A stretch of DNA of 43,166 nucleotides from an uncultured bacterium. GTDB lineage: Bacteria > Planctomycetota > Phycisphaerae > Phycisphaerales > SM1A02. A model generated the notes under the pieces. The model made no database searches and was not told the DNA's origin. It was given only the letters and a program-made list of their open reading frames with translations. Of the stretch, positions 8,756-18,132 are shown piece by piece. Within the stretch, counting starts at the first letter, position 1, and every line of letters begins with the position of its first letter. Location of the stretch: the NCBI GenBank assembly GCA_903927725.1, contig CAIYOC010000114.1, positions 1 to 43,166 of the forward strand. Reading direction: 5' to 3'. The translations under genes and the position numbers were made by a program.

Positions 8756-9961
8756 ATGACCACGACCGCAAGCGCACCGCGCCGATCATCGGCCGGCCCG
8801 GCCGACCTCCCACTGCCCTTGGGCTTCGCCTGCGCAGGGATCGCAGCCGGCATCAAGAAGTCCGGTGCGCCCGACCTGGGCTTGCTGGTCTGCGCCAAGG
8901 GCGCCGTGGCCGCGGCGATGTTCACGCGCAACCTCGTGGCCGCCGCACCGATCCAAGTGTCCCGCACGAACCTCGCGCGCAGCCGAGGGCATTGCACCGC
9001 CCTGCTGGTCAACTCCGGCTGCGCCAATGCCGCCACTGGCCCACGCGGCATGGCAGCCTGCCAGGAGACGATCGACGCCGTCGCGCGACTCAGCGATTGC
9101 GCTCCCGAGGCCGTGCTCGTGAACTCCACCGGAGTGATCGGCGTGCTGCTCCCGAGCGATCGCATCGTCTCGGCGCTGCCTGCTCTGCACGCGGCGCTCA
9201 CGACCGAGTCGTGCGCGCCCTTCGCCACGGCGATCATGACCACCGACACCCGCGCCAAGGCATGCACGCGGACCGTCGGCAACGTGCGCGTGACCGGCAT
9301 GGCCAAGGGCGCCGGCATGATCCACCCCGACATGGCCACCATGATCGTGGCCATCACCACCGATGCTGCCGTCGATGCACCGACGCTCGATCGCATCCTG
9401 CGCCGCAGCGTCGATCGGAGCTTCCACCGCATCAGCGTCGATGGCGACACGAGCACCAATGACAGCGTCTTCGCCCTGGCGAGCTGCGAAGCCGGCCCCT
9501 GCGATGAGGCGCTCCTGCAAGCTGCCTTCGATGAGGTCTGTACCGATCTCGCCCTGAAGGTCGTGCAGGATGGCGAGGGTTTCGAGCGCGGCATCAAGGT
9601 CACGGTGACTGGTGCTGCCACACCTGGGGCTGCGCTCCAGGTGGCACGCACGGTGGCCATGAGCCTGCTGGTGCGTACGGCCGTGACAGGCGGCGATCCC
9701 AACTGGGGTCGCATCCTTGCAGCAGCTGGCCGCGCCGGCGTGCCGTTCGGCGTCGATGAGCTTCGCGTGGGCGCCAATGGCGTGCCGCTCTTCGAGGGCG
9801 GTGCGCCAGCCGACAGCACGGCTGCCGACCGCCGCACGGCGTTCACGGCTGACGTGGTCCACATCACGATCGACCTGGGCCAAGGCACGTGCAGCGATGT
9901 CTTCCACAGCTGCGGCCTGACCAAGCGCTACGTCGAGATCAACGCCGACTACACCACCTGA
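8756..9961 (+). CDS. argJ: glutamate N-acetyltransferase / ornithine acetyltransferase ArgJ
   Basis: LPLGFACAGIAAGIKKSGAPDLGL N-terminus. Autoprocessing site GMIHPDMA|TMIV, with the nucleophile Thr codon at 9338-9340. C-terminal GLTKRYVEINADYTT. ATG at 8756 follows the argH stop by 20 nt. The ORF-track start at 8357 lies inside argH. Confidence 0.92.
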   Translation: MTTTASAPRRSSAGPADLPLPLGFACAGIAAGIKKSGAPDLGLLVCAKGAVAAAMFTRNLVAAAPIQVSRTNLARSRGHCTALLVNSGCANAATGPRGMAACQETIDAVARLSDCAPEAVLVNSTGVIGVLLPSDRIVSALPALHAALTTESCAPFATAIMTTDTRAKACTRTVGNVRVTGMAKGAGMIHPDMATMIVAITTDAAVDAPTLDRILRRSVDRSFHRISVDGDTSTNDSVFALASCEAGPCDEALLQAAFDEVCTDLALKVVQDGEGFERGIKVTVTGAATPGAALQVARTVAMSLLVRTAVTGGDPNWGRILAAAGRAGVPFGVDELRVGANGVPLFEGGAPADSTAADRRTAFTADVVHITIDLGQGTCSDVFHSCGLTKRYVEINADYTT

Positions 9962-10362
9962 GCGCGTCGACAGAGCGCCTCCAGAGGCGCACGCCACGCA
10001 TCGGGCGCCCGCAGCAGGAGCGCCTTGGCGACGGGGGCGAGTTCCTGCGCGCTGCGCGAGCTGCGCCACGCGCCATGCTCATGCAGCGCCAACGCCACCA
10101 TGGCGACGTACCGAACCGTTCCGGCAACTCGCATGCGCGGAGGCCAGTCGGCGCGGACCGGACCCTCGGGGCCATGACGCTCAGCATCGATGCGTTCGAA
10201 GGGTTCGACACCGCCGGGCTGCGGAAGGCGCCCGAGCACATCCTGCACGAAATCAACGGCATCCGCACCGTCGAGCCATTGTCGCACGAGTGCATCGGCC
10301 GACAGCCGCTCACCCAGCAGTGCCGCGTAGAGCTGCACGGCATCGAGCGGCCGGTCGTTCAT
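9949..10362 (-). CDS. hypothetical protein, candidate cognate anti-sigma factor
   Basis: 137-aa ORF whose ATG (10360-10362) overlaps the TGA of the upstream ECF sigma gene (ATGA coupling). No recognisable domain, no HxxxCxxC motif and no clear transmembrane helix. Its 3' end overlaps the argJ 3' end by 13 nt (convergent). Confidence 0.5.
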   Translation of the reverse strand: MNDRPLDAVQLYAALLGERLSADALVRQWLDGADAVDFVQDVLGRLPQPGGVEPFERIDAERHGPEGPVRADWPPRMRVAGTVRYVAMVALALHEHGAWRSSRSAQELAPVAKALLLRAPDAWRAPLEALCRRAQVV

Positions 10363-11033
10363 GGCTGCAAGCGCGACAGGAGCGCCATGAGTTCACGCTC
10401 GAAGTCCGCCTCGGCGACCTGCTCCGCCGAGAGCACGCCCCGCAGCGCATCGAGCATGAGCCCCCGCACGCGCGCCGTGGCATGACGCGCAGCATCGACA
10501 GGGATTCCCAGAGGAGGCGCGCACTCGGCGTAGGGCTTGCCTTGCAACGAATGCTCGATGAACAAGGTCCATTCATGGCCACGGCCCTGTGACTCGAGCA
10601 CTCGCTGCGTGGCATCGGAGGCTGTACGGATCAGCGACGCCGCATACGAGCGTTCGAAAGCCGTCTGGGCGTTGTCGGACTCGGCTAGATCGGCCAGTGC
10701 CCCGTCGCCGGCGCCCATGCGCCGCCGCTCCTTGCGGATGCGATTCATGAGTTCAAAGCGCGCCGCCGTACGCAGCCAGAGACGGAACGGACGCTCGGAA
10801 CGCTGCCATTCATCGAGGAACGATGGATCAAGGATTCGCGCGCAGAGATCCTGTACCACGTCCTCGACTTCGAGCCGCACACCGAAGGCCTGCAGGTAGC
10901 GCACGAGCGGCTCGCGATAGATGGCCGTGAGGCTTGCCGACAGATCCCGACGTTGCTGCGGCGAGCCATCGCGCGCGACAGCCAGCCACGAACGGGCTGA
11001 TGGAGGGAAAGCATCACTGACGGGAGACTTCAC
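10359..11033 (-). CDS. ECF-type RNA polymerase sigma-70 family factor
   Basis: Region 2-like (EDVVQDLCARILD...ERPFRLWLRTAARFELMNRIRKERRR) and region 4 HTH-like (LQGKPYAECAPPLGIPVDAARHATARVRGLMLDAL) segments. The stop is firm. The start was chosen as the GTG at 11031-11033, giving 224 aa. The open frame extends to 11315, but that part is low-GC and unlikely to be coding. Confidence 0.7.
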   Translation of the reverse strand: MKSPVSDAFPPSARSWLAVARDGSPQQRRDLSASLTAIYREPLVRYLQAFGVRLEVEDVVQDLCARILDPSFLDEWQRSERPFRLWLRTAARFELMNRIRKERRRMGAGDGALADLAESDNAQTAFERSYAASLIRTASDATQRVLESQGRGHEWTLFIEHSLQGKPYAECAPPLGIPVDAARHATARVRGLMLDALRGVLSAEQVAEADFERELMALLSRLQP

Positions 11034-11324
11034 GGAAGGATCGTAAGTCAAACGCGGAAATCCCGCGAATGTGACTCCGCCAGATGGGTCTTTGGAAAAA
11101 TTCCGTCGTTCGCGGCGACGACGATCATTGAGAGGACTCCTATCGATGTCGGCAGGGTTCCGGGGCTGCCGACGCTGTGCCGCAGCGACCAATGGCCCGA
11201 CAGACCCCGTCAGCGGGGTTTGTTGTGTTCGCTCGTGCTCGCACGTACCGCTCCTGCAATGGAGCTTGAGCACAGCTTCCGGCCATACGCCATCACTCAG
11301 CGTCGCCACCTGCAACCCGTGGTG

Positions 11325-12317
<993 letters not shown>

Positions 12318-12363
12318 GGCCAGTCGAGGCTACACCAAACGCCTGATCGTGCGCCCAAAGCAC

Positions 12364-12390
12364 AACGACCCGGCGCAAGGCCGGGTCGTT
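12364..12390 (-). terminator. GC-rich hairpin downstream of rplQ (putative terminator of the alpha operon)
   Basis: Perfect 11-bp stem AACGACCCGGC / GCCGGGTCGTT with a 5-nt loop, about 50 nt after the rplQ stop and upstream of pheS. Only a weak U-tract (GUGCUUUGGG) follows on the minus-strand transcript. Confidence 0.45.
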
Positions 12391-12442
12391 GGTGCTGATC
12401 AGTGATGGTGGCGCAGGCGCTGGGCGCCCGAAGCAGCCGAAC

Positions 12443-13036
12443 TCAGGCCGCAGCCGGCTTCGCCTTGCGGCGCGCGGCAGCGAACTTGGTGCGGTTGTCC
12501 GCCTTCTCGCGACGGCGGCTGGCCGAGCCCGACACCTGCGAACCGCTCTCGCGGCCCACGAGCTGGAGCAGGACCAGGTCGCTGGCATCACCCTGACGGT
12601 GCTTGCCCAGGCGCACGATGCGGGTGTAGCCGCCCGCGCGACCCTCGAACAGCGGCGCAACGCGCTTGATCAGGTGCTCGACCAGGCGCGGACCGCGCTT
12701 GATCTCGCCGGTCGACTCGTCGAACACGATCTCGTCTTCCTTGGGCAGATCCCAGAAGTCGCTGGTGAGCTTCTGCTGGTTCTTGACTTGGCCATCGGCG
12801 ATCCAACGGAAGACGTTGCGATCCGTGAGGCGCGAGTTGAGCGTGCGACGCGCGGCGAGCGAACGCTTGCGGGCGGTCGTGATCAACTTCTCGACGAACG
12901 GCTGGACGGCCTTGGCCTTGGCCACGGTGGTCTCGATCTGGCCGTGCTCGAAGAGGCCGGCAGCGAGGTTGCGCAGCATGGCCCGGCGGTGATCCGCCTT
13001 GATGCTCAGCTGCTTTCCTGAAACGCGGTGACGCAT
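12443..13036 (-). CDS. rplQ: 50S ribosomal protein L17 (with internal insertion and basic C-terminal tail)
   Basis: MRHRVSGKQLSIKADHRRAMLRNLAAGLFEHGQIETTVAKAK and GGYTRIVRLG are L17 signatures. It is 197 aa versus about 120-130 aa typical. AAGGAG lies upstream of the ATG. Confidence 0.93.
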   Translation of the reverse strand: MRHRVSGKQLSIKADHRRAMLRNLAAGLFEHGQIETTVAKAKAVQPFVEKLITTARKRSLAARRTLNSRLTDRNVFRWIADGQVKNQQKLTSDFWDLPKEDEIVFDESTGEIKRGPRLVEHLIKRVAPLFEGRAGGYTRIVRLGKHRQGDASDLVLLQLVGRESGSQVSGSASRRREKADNRTKFAAARRKAKPAAA

Positions 13037-13062
13037 GATGACTCCTTAGGGTGTGCTGTGGC

Positions 13063-14070
13063 TCAGGCCTGGACCGTGGGGGTGAAGCCCTCGGGCAGGC
13101 GCATGCCGAGGCTCAGGCCGTGCTCGGCGAGCTTGTCCTCGACCTCGCGCAGGCTGGTCTTGCCGAACGCGCGGATCTGGAGCAGATCGTCGATGGTGAG
13201 GGTGACGAGTTCGTGCACGAAGCGGACCTGCGCACTCTCGAGGCAGTTGCTCGAGCGCACGCCGAGCTCGAGGCCGGTCACCGGCATCGAGAGCTTGCGG
13301 AAGAGCTCTTCCTCGCTCGCGGTCTCGGCACCGATGCCCTGGACCGCCAGCGTTTCCCCGGCCGTCGCGTACTGGACGAACGGGTTGAGGTGCTTGCGCA
13401 TGATCTTGGCGGCCTCGACCACGGCCATTTCCGGGGTGACGGTGCCGTTGGTCCACACGTCGAGGATGAGCTTGTCGTAGTTGGTGCGCTGGCCGACGCG
13501 GGTGGCCTCGACCCGGTAGCGCACGCGCTGCACCGGGCTGAAGATCGCGTCGATCGGGATCACGCCGACGACCTGCTCCTGGCCGTTGGTGTACTGCTCG
13601 CTGGCGGGCTGGTAGCCACGGCCGCGCTCGATGGTGAGCTGCATCTCGAGCGACACATCACCGGTGAGCGTGGCGATGTGCCGGTCCTTGTTGACGATCA
13701 TGACTCCGGTCGGGCACTCGATGTGCTCGGCCGTGACGGCGCCCTTGCCCTTGGCGCGCAGGCGCAGCACCTGAGACTCGTCGCCATCCATGTCGATGAT
13801 CAGGTCCTTGCAGTTCAGCAGGATCTCGGTCACGTCCTCGAGGACGCCCGGAATCGTGCTGAACTCATGCGACACGCCGCCGATCTGCACGCTGGTGACC
13901 GCAGCGCCCTCGAGGCTCGAGAGCAGGATGCGGCGGATGCTGTTGCCGATGGTGGTGCCGAAGCCGCGTTCAAACGGCTCGGCCACGAAGCGGCCGAAGG
14001 TCTCGGTGCGCGAGGCGGGATCAACGAGGACGGCGGCGGGAAGTTCAAGGCCGCGCCAACGGATGTGCAT
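13063..14070 (-). CDS. rpoA: DNA-directed RNA polymerase alpha subunit
   Basis: 335 aa. FVAEPFERGFGTTIGNSIRRILLSSLEGAAVTSV N-terminal domain and a C-terminal domain with LELGVRSSNCL...IRAFGKTSLREV. Confidence 0.97.
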   Translation of the reverse strand: MHIRWRGLELPAAVLVDPASRTETFGRFVAEPFERGFGTTIGNSIRRILLSSLEGAAVTSVQIGGVSHEFSTIPGVLEDVTEILLNCKDLIIDMDGDESQVLRLRAKGKGAVTAEHIECPTGVMIVNKDRHIATLTGDVSLEMQLTIERGRGYQPASEQYTNGQEQVVGVIPIDAIFSPVQRVRYRVEATRVGQRTNYDKLILDVWTNGTVTPEMAVVEAAKIMRKHLNPFVQYATAGETLAVQGIGAETASEEELFRKLSMPVTGLELGVRSSNCLESAQVRFVHELVTLTIDDLLQIRAFGKTSLREVEDKLAEHGLSLGMRLPEGFTPTVQA

Positions 14071-14220
14071 GGTGAATCTCCAAGGTCCGGCAGGACAGGT
14101 TCTTCGGGACCGGTCGCCCTGCCTCGATCGGATGCTCCAGACCGCTGCCGGGCGGCCCGGGCCCCTTCGGTGAGGCAGGGAAAAGTTGGACGGATCAGTG
14201 TAGCGGAAGCACCGCGTGGA

Positions 14221-14595
14221 TCACATGCGGCGCTTCTTGGGCGCCCGGCAGCCGTTGTGCGGCACGCCGGTGTGGTCCTCGATGGTGAGCACGCGCAGGC
14301 CGGCAGCGCCCAGGGCGGTGACGGCACTCTCGCGGCCCGGGCCGGGGCCCTTCACGCGGACATCGCACTCGCGCATGCCCACACGCTTGGCCTTGCTCGC
14401 GGCGCGCTCGCTGGCGCGGCTCGCTGCGAACGGGGTCGCCTTGCGGGCGCCCTTGAAACCAGCCGTGCCGGCCGAGTCCCACGCCACCGTCTCGCCGTTG
14501 AGGTCGGTGATGGTGACGATGGTGTTGTTGAAGGACGCGTGCACGTGCACGATGCCCTTGACGACGCTTTTGCGGACCTTCTTCTTGGTAGCCAT
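14221..14595 (-). CDS. rpsK: 30S ribosomal protein S11
   Basis: [43 protein letters not shown] and a [15 protein letters not shown]-terminus. Confidence 0.97.
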   Translation of the reverse strand: MATKKKVRKSVVKGIVHVHASFNNTIVTITDLNGETVAWDSAGTAGFKGARKATPFAASRASERAASKAKRVGMRECDVRVKGPGPGRESAVTALGAAGLRVLTIEDHTGVPHNGCRAPKKRRM

Positions 14596-14625
14596 GGTGT
14601 GTTCCTTGGGGGGCTCGGGGCCGGA

Positions 14626-15003
14626 TCAGCCCTTCACGCCCTTCTTGCCGGCGACCGTCTTCTTGCGGCCCTTGCGGGTACGGGAGTTGGTGCGGGTCCG
14701 CTGGCCGCGGGCCGGGAGGCCCTTGCGGTGGCGGTCGCCACGGTACGAGTGGATTTCCTTGAGACGCTGGATCTGCGTCTGCACCTGGCGGCGCAAGGCG
14801 CCCTCGACGAGATGGCTCTCGTCGATCTCGGCGGCGATCGCCGCGAGCTCCTGGTCATTCAGCGTGTGCGCACGACGATCGGGATCGATGCCGCACTTGC
14901 CCAGGATGTCGGTGGCGACCTTGAGGCCGATGCCGTGGACATACTGGATGGACACGATGATCTTCTTCTTCTCGGGGATGTCGACGCCTGCGATACGTGG
15001 CAT
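14626..15003 (-). CDS. rpsM: 30S ribosomal protein S13
   Basis: MPRIAGVDIPEKKKIIVSIQYVHGIGLKVA...YRGDRHRKGLPARGQRTRTNSRTRKG. Confidence 0.97.
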   Translation of the reverse strand: MPRIAGVDIPEKKKIIVSIQYVHGIGLKVATDILGKCGIDPDRRAHTLNDQELAAIAAEIDESHLVEGALRRQVQTQIQRLKEIHSYRGDRHRKGLPARGQRTRTNSRTRKGRKKTVAGKKGVKG

Positions 15004-15028
15004 GGTCTGGTCCTTTCGGTTCGGTCGT

Positions 15029-15145
15029 TCAGCCCTGCCGCTGCTTCAGGCGGGGATTCTTCTTGTTGATGACGATGCGCTTGCCCTTGCGGATGACGAT
15101 CTGGCAATCCTTGGTGCGGCGCTTGATGCTGCTTCGGACTTTCAT
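15029..15145 (-). CDS. rpmJ: 50S ribosomal protein L36 (cysteine-poor, apparently zinc-free form)
   Basis: 38-aa MKVRSSIKRRTKDCQIVIRKGKRIVINKKNPRLKQRQG. ATG at 15143-15145 is preceded by GGAG. The ORF-track entry 15029-15484 is an upstream extension. Confidence 0.9.
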   Translation of the reverse strand: MKVRSSIKRRTKDCQIVIRKGKRIVINKKNPRLKQRQG

Positions 15146-15183
15146 GGTGTGCTCCGTGTGGTTCCTGCTGGTTCCCTGTGGGC

Positions 15184-15402
15184 TCACTGCTGACGGAAGA
15201 CGATCCGACCCTTGGTCATGTCGTACGGGCTGAGTTCGACGGTGACCCGGTCGCCGGGGGTGATGCGGATGAAGAACTTCCTCATCTTGCCGCTCACGTA
15301 GGCGATGATCTCCTGGTTGTTCGGCAGCTTGACCCGGAACTTGCTGTCCGGGAGCGCTTCCGTCACCTCGGCTTCGAGAGAGATCTTGTCTTCCTTGGGC
15401 AT
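15184..15402 (-). CDS. infA: translation initiation factor IF-1
   Basis: 72-aa [72 protein letters not shown], an S1-like OB fold. ATG at 15400-15402. The long ORF 15184-16449 runs on into an alternative frame of secY. Confidence 0.95.
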   Translation of the reverse strand: MPKEDKISLEAEVTEALPDSKFRVKLPNNQEIIAYVSGKMRKFFIRITPGDRVTVELSPYDMTKGRIVFRQQ

Positions 15403-15440
15403 GGGCTCCTTTGTGGTGGTGCGATGGGTTGATGCGGGGC

Positions 15441-16853
15441 TCAGGTCGCCCGGGCGCTCCGGATGCGCGGGCCGTCCTGGGCACCGTCGCTGAGGAAGCC
15501 CGAGTAGTTGCGCATGAGGAGGTTCGCCTCCAGGCGCTGGACGATGTCGAGGGCGACGCTGACCACGATCAGCAGGCCGGTGCCGCCGAGGAACTGGCTC
15601 ACGTACGGCGGCACACCGAAGGCCTCGGAGACGAGCGTGGGGATGATCGCGATCACGCAGAGGAAGCCCGCGCCGACATAGGTGATGCGGCTGATGACAT
15701 CCTCGAGGTACTCGGCGGTGCGCGGACCGGGGCGCACGTTGGGGATGAAGCTGCCGTGCTCCTTGAGCTGCTTGCTCATCTCCTCGGGCGACATCTGGAT
15801 CGTGACCCAGAAGTAGCTGAAGACGTAGATCAGCACGATCTCTACGAGCACGTACGGGTACGCACCCATCTGGAAGTTCTGCGCGAGGAACGCGGTCGAC
15901 TCGACGAGCCACTGGCTCCAGCCGCCCGACGTGGCCAGGCCCGCGAGCCAGCCCAGGATCATGCTCGGGAAGATCATCAGGCTGCTGGCGAAGATGATCG
16001 GCATGACGCCGGCGTGATTCAGTCGCAGCGGCAGGTAGTGGCGGCCCCCGCCGTACATGCGGCGGCCGGAAACATGCTTGGCCTGCTGGATCGGGATGCG
16101 GCGGGTGGCCACGGTCATGATGACCGCGCCCATGACGACCGCCACGAAGCAGGCGATCAGGAGCACCAAGCCAAGCGCACCGACCTTGCCATCGGACGCC
16201 TGGACGCTCGGGTTGAAGTTGTCGAACAGCCACTGGATCGCGGCCGGCATGCGCGCCAGGATGCCCGCGGTCAGGATGATCGAGATGCCGTTGCCGATGC
16301 CGAACTTGTCGATCTGCTCGCCAAGCCACATCAGGAAGAGGCTGCCGGCGACCAGCGCCGTCACGCCCGACACGTAGAACACCATGCGGCCGCCGCCCGA
16401 CACGTACTGAGGCTCGACCAGGTTCTGGCTGTAGAGGTAGCCCAGCCACATGAAGCCCTGCACAAAGCAGAGTGCCACGGTGGCGTAGCGGGTGTATTCC
16501 ATCACCTTCTGCTGGCCCGACATGCCTTCCTTCTTGAGCGCTGCCAGAGGCGGGTAGACCGTCTGGAGCAGCTGGAAGATGATCGACGCCGTGATGTACG
16601 GCGCGATGCCGAGGCCGAACACCGTGCTCTGCTGCAGGCTGCCGCCCGAGAAGATGCTGGCGAACTGAAGCAGGCGACCGAAGCCCGTGGCATCTTCCGT
16701 GGCCTTCTCGGCCAGATTCGACAGCGCGGCTTGGTCGACCCCGATGAGCGGGATCCAGAAGCCGACGCGGTAGATGACCAGCATGCCCAGCGTGAAGAGC
16801 ACGCGGTTGCGCAGGTCAGGGATGCGGAAGATGTTCAGGAAGGCGCTCAGCAT
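15441..16853 (-). CDS. secY: preprotein translocase subunit SecY
   Basis: 470-aa polytopic membrane protein with SecY hallmarks ([38 protein letters not shown]), located between rplO and infA. Confidence 0.96.
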   Translation of the reverse strand: MLSAFLNIFRIPDLRNRVLFTLGMLVIYRVGFWIPLIGVDQAALSNLAEKATEDATGFGRLLQFASIFSGGSLQQSTVFGLGIAPYITASIIFQLLQTVYPPLAALKKEGMSGQQKVMEYTRYATVALCFVQGFMWLGYLYSQNLVEPQYVSGGGRMVFYVSGVTALVAGSLFLMWLGEQIDKFGIGNGISIILTAGILARMPAAIQWLFDNFNPSVQASDGKVGALGLVLLIACFVAVVMGAVIMTVATRRIPIQQAKHVSGRRMYGGGRHYLPLRLNHAGVMPIIFASSLMIFPSMILGWLAGLATSGGWSQWLVESTAFLAQNFQMGAYPYVLVEIVLIYVFSYFWVTIQMSPEEMSKQLKEHGSFIPNVRPGPRTAEYLEDVISRITYVGAGFLCVIAIIPTLVSEAFGVPPYVSQFLGGTGLLIVVSVALDIVQRLEANLLMRNYSGFLSDGAQDGPRIRSARAT

Positions 16854-16863
16854 GGGATGGGCA

Positions 16864-17307
16864 TCACGCGACGGTGACGCTTCCGCCGGCCTTTTCGATC
16901 TTGGCCTTGGCGGTCTCCGAGAACTTGCCTGCGGTCACCGAGAGCTTCTTGGCCAGGTCGCCGGTGCCGAGCACCTTGACCGGGAGCTTGCGGTTGCGCA
17001 CGAGACCGACCTTCACCAGCGCATCCAGGTCGACCTGCGCGCCAGCGTCGAAGTGCTTCTGGAGGTCCGACACGTTCACGACCGCATAGGTGGTCGCGAA
17101 GGCGTTCTTGAAGCCGATCTTGGGGAAGCGGCGCATGAGCGGCGTCGAACCACCCATGTAGCCGGGGCGGCTAGACCAGCCTGCACGGCTCTTGGCACCC
17201 TTGTGGCCACGACGGCTGGTGCCGCCGATGCCGGAGCCTTCACCGCGGCCGCGACGCATGCGCTTGGTGTGCGCCCCGGCCTTCTTCGTAACGTCATGGA
17301 TCATCAT
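16864..17307 (-). CDS. rplO: 50S ribosomal protein L15
   Basis: 147 aa. GGTSRRGHKGAKSR, FKNAFATTYAVVNVSDL, KVLGTGDL. AGAGGAG lies upstream. Confidence 0.95.
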   Translation of the reverse strand: MMIHDVTKKAGAHTKRMRRGRGEGSGIGGTSRRGHKGAKSRAGWSSRPGYMGGSTPLMRRFPKIGFKNAFATTYAVVNVSDLQKHFDAGAQVDLDALVKVGLVRNRKLPVKVLGTGDLAKKLSVTAGKFSETAKAKIEKAGGSVTVA

Positions 17308-17364
17308 GTGAGCTGCGCTCCTCTGTGTTCGTTCGTGTTCGCGTTCGTCTGCGGATGACCGGGA

Positions 17365-18111
17365 TCAGCCTGCCGAAGGGGCGTCGGCCGCGGGTGCGTC
17401 GGTGGTCGGTGCGGCAGGAGCCGCAGCCGGTGCCGGTGCCGGTGCCGGGGCCGGCGCTGGGGCATCGCCACCGTCGAAGCGGCGACCACCACCACGGGGA
17501 CCGCCACGCTGGCCACCGCGACGACGATCGTCGCCAACGGTGTTGACCGGGGCTTGGGCGCGCGGGCCGCCCGACGACTTGGGCATGAACGCCATGCCGC
17601 GCGCGATGGCATCTTCCACGGCGGTCGTGCCGAGGGTGACGCCACGCAGCGCTTCAATGCGCTCGCGGGTCTGCAGCATGGCCAGCGCCTCGAAGGTGGC
17701 CTTGACCAGGTTCTTCGGGTTGCTGCTGCCGTAGCACTTGCTGAGGCAATCCTTCACGCCGAGCAGTTCGAGCACAGCGCGCACGGCAGCGCCGGCCTTG
17801 ATGCCCGTTCCCGGGCTCGCGGGCACCAGCACGACCTTCGAGGCGCCGAAGCGGCCTTCGACGGTGTGCGGAACGGTCGTGGCCTGCACCGGGTAGCGCT
17901 TGGTCTTGCGACGCGCCTCGCGGGTGGCCTTCTCGACCGCCTGCGGGACCTGGTTGCTCTTCGCGTAGCCCACGCCGACCTCGCCGCGGCGATTGCCGAC
18001 GACGACGAGTGCGGCGAAGCTGAAGCGACGGCCGCCGGCGACCGTGGAGCTGGTGCGGTAGACGCCCACGGTGATGGCGTCGGTTCCGTTGTCTTCAAGC
18101 ATCTCTGCCAT
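17365..18111 (-). CDS. rpsE: 30S ribosomal protein S5 with about 70-aa RGG/Pro-Ala-rich C-terminal extension
   Basis: S5 core (VYRTSSTVAGGRRFSFAALVVVGNRRGEVGVGYAKSNQVPQAVEKA...GTGIKAGAAVRAVLELLGVKD) followed by ...DDRRRGGQRGGPRGGGRRFDGGDAPAPAPAPAPAPAAAPAAPTTDAPAADAPSAG. Confidence 0.95.
   Translation of the reverse strand: MAEMLEDNGTDAITVGVYRTSSTVAGGRRFSFAALVVVGNRRGEVGVGYAKSNQVPQAVEKATREARRKTKRYPVQATTVPHTVEGRFGASKVVLVPASPGTGIKAGAAVRAVLELLGVKDCLSKCYGSSNPKNLVKATFEALAMLQTRERIEALRGVTLGTTAVEDAIARGMAFMPKSSGGPRAQAPVNTVGDDRRRGGQRGGPRGGGRRFDGGDAPAPAPAPAPAPAAAPAAPTTDAPAADAPSAG
17426..17455. repeat. hexanucleotide tandem repeat (GCCGGT)n inside the rpsE tail
   Basis: GCCGGT GCCGGT GCCGGT GCCGGG GCCGGC: three perfect and two degenerate units, encoding the (Pro-Ala)n run on the minus strand. 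Confidence 0.8.
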
Positions 18112-18132
18112 TGGTGGTCCTTGGTGGTTGGC

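Noticed and set aside
11034-11315. N-terminal 94-codon extension of the ECF sigma ORF
   Set aside because: The region has lower GC and contains hairpin and palindrome elements. The translation has no sigma region 1-like sequence and would give an atypically long ECF sigma. It is treated as 5' UTR/promoter, but the start remains uncertain.
13051-15069. 672-aa plus-strand ORF across rpoA, rpsK and rpsM
   Set aside because: It is antisense to highly conserved ribosomal and RNA polymerase genes. Its composition is dominated by Ala/Gly/Asp/Leu/Arg, so it is a high-GC artefact.
15184-16449. 421-aa minus-strand ORF joining infA to an alternative frame of secY
   Set aside because: Only the last 72 codons are IF-1. 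Upstream of the ATG at 15402 the frame runs out of frame through secY and is Arg/Pro/Gly-rich.
17426-17455. Possible CRISPR or other interspersed repeat array
   Set aside because: The only tandem repeat seen is a 6-nt in-frame microsatellite within rpsE. No repeat-spacer architecture and no cas genes occur anywhere in the window.
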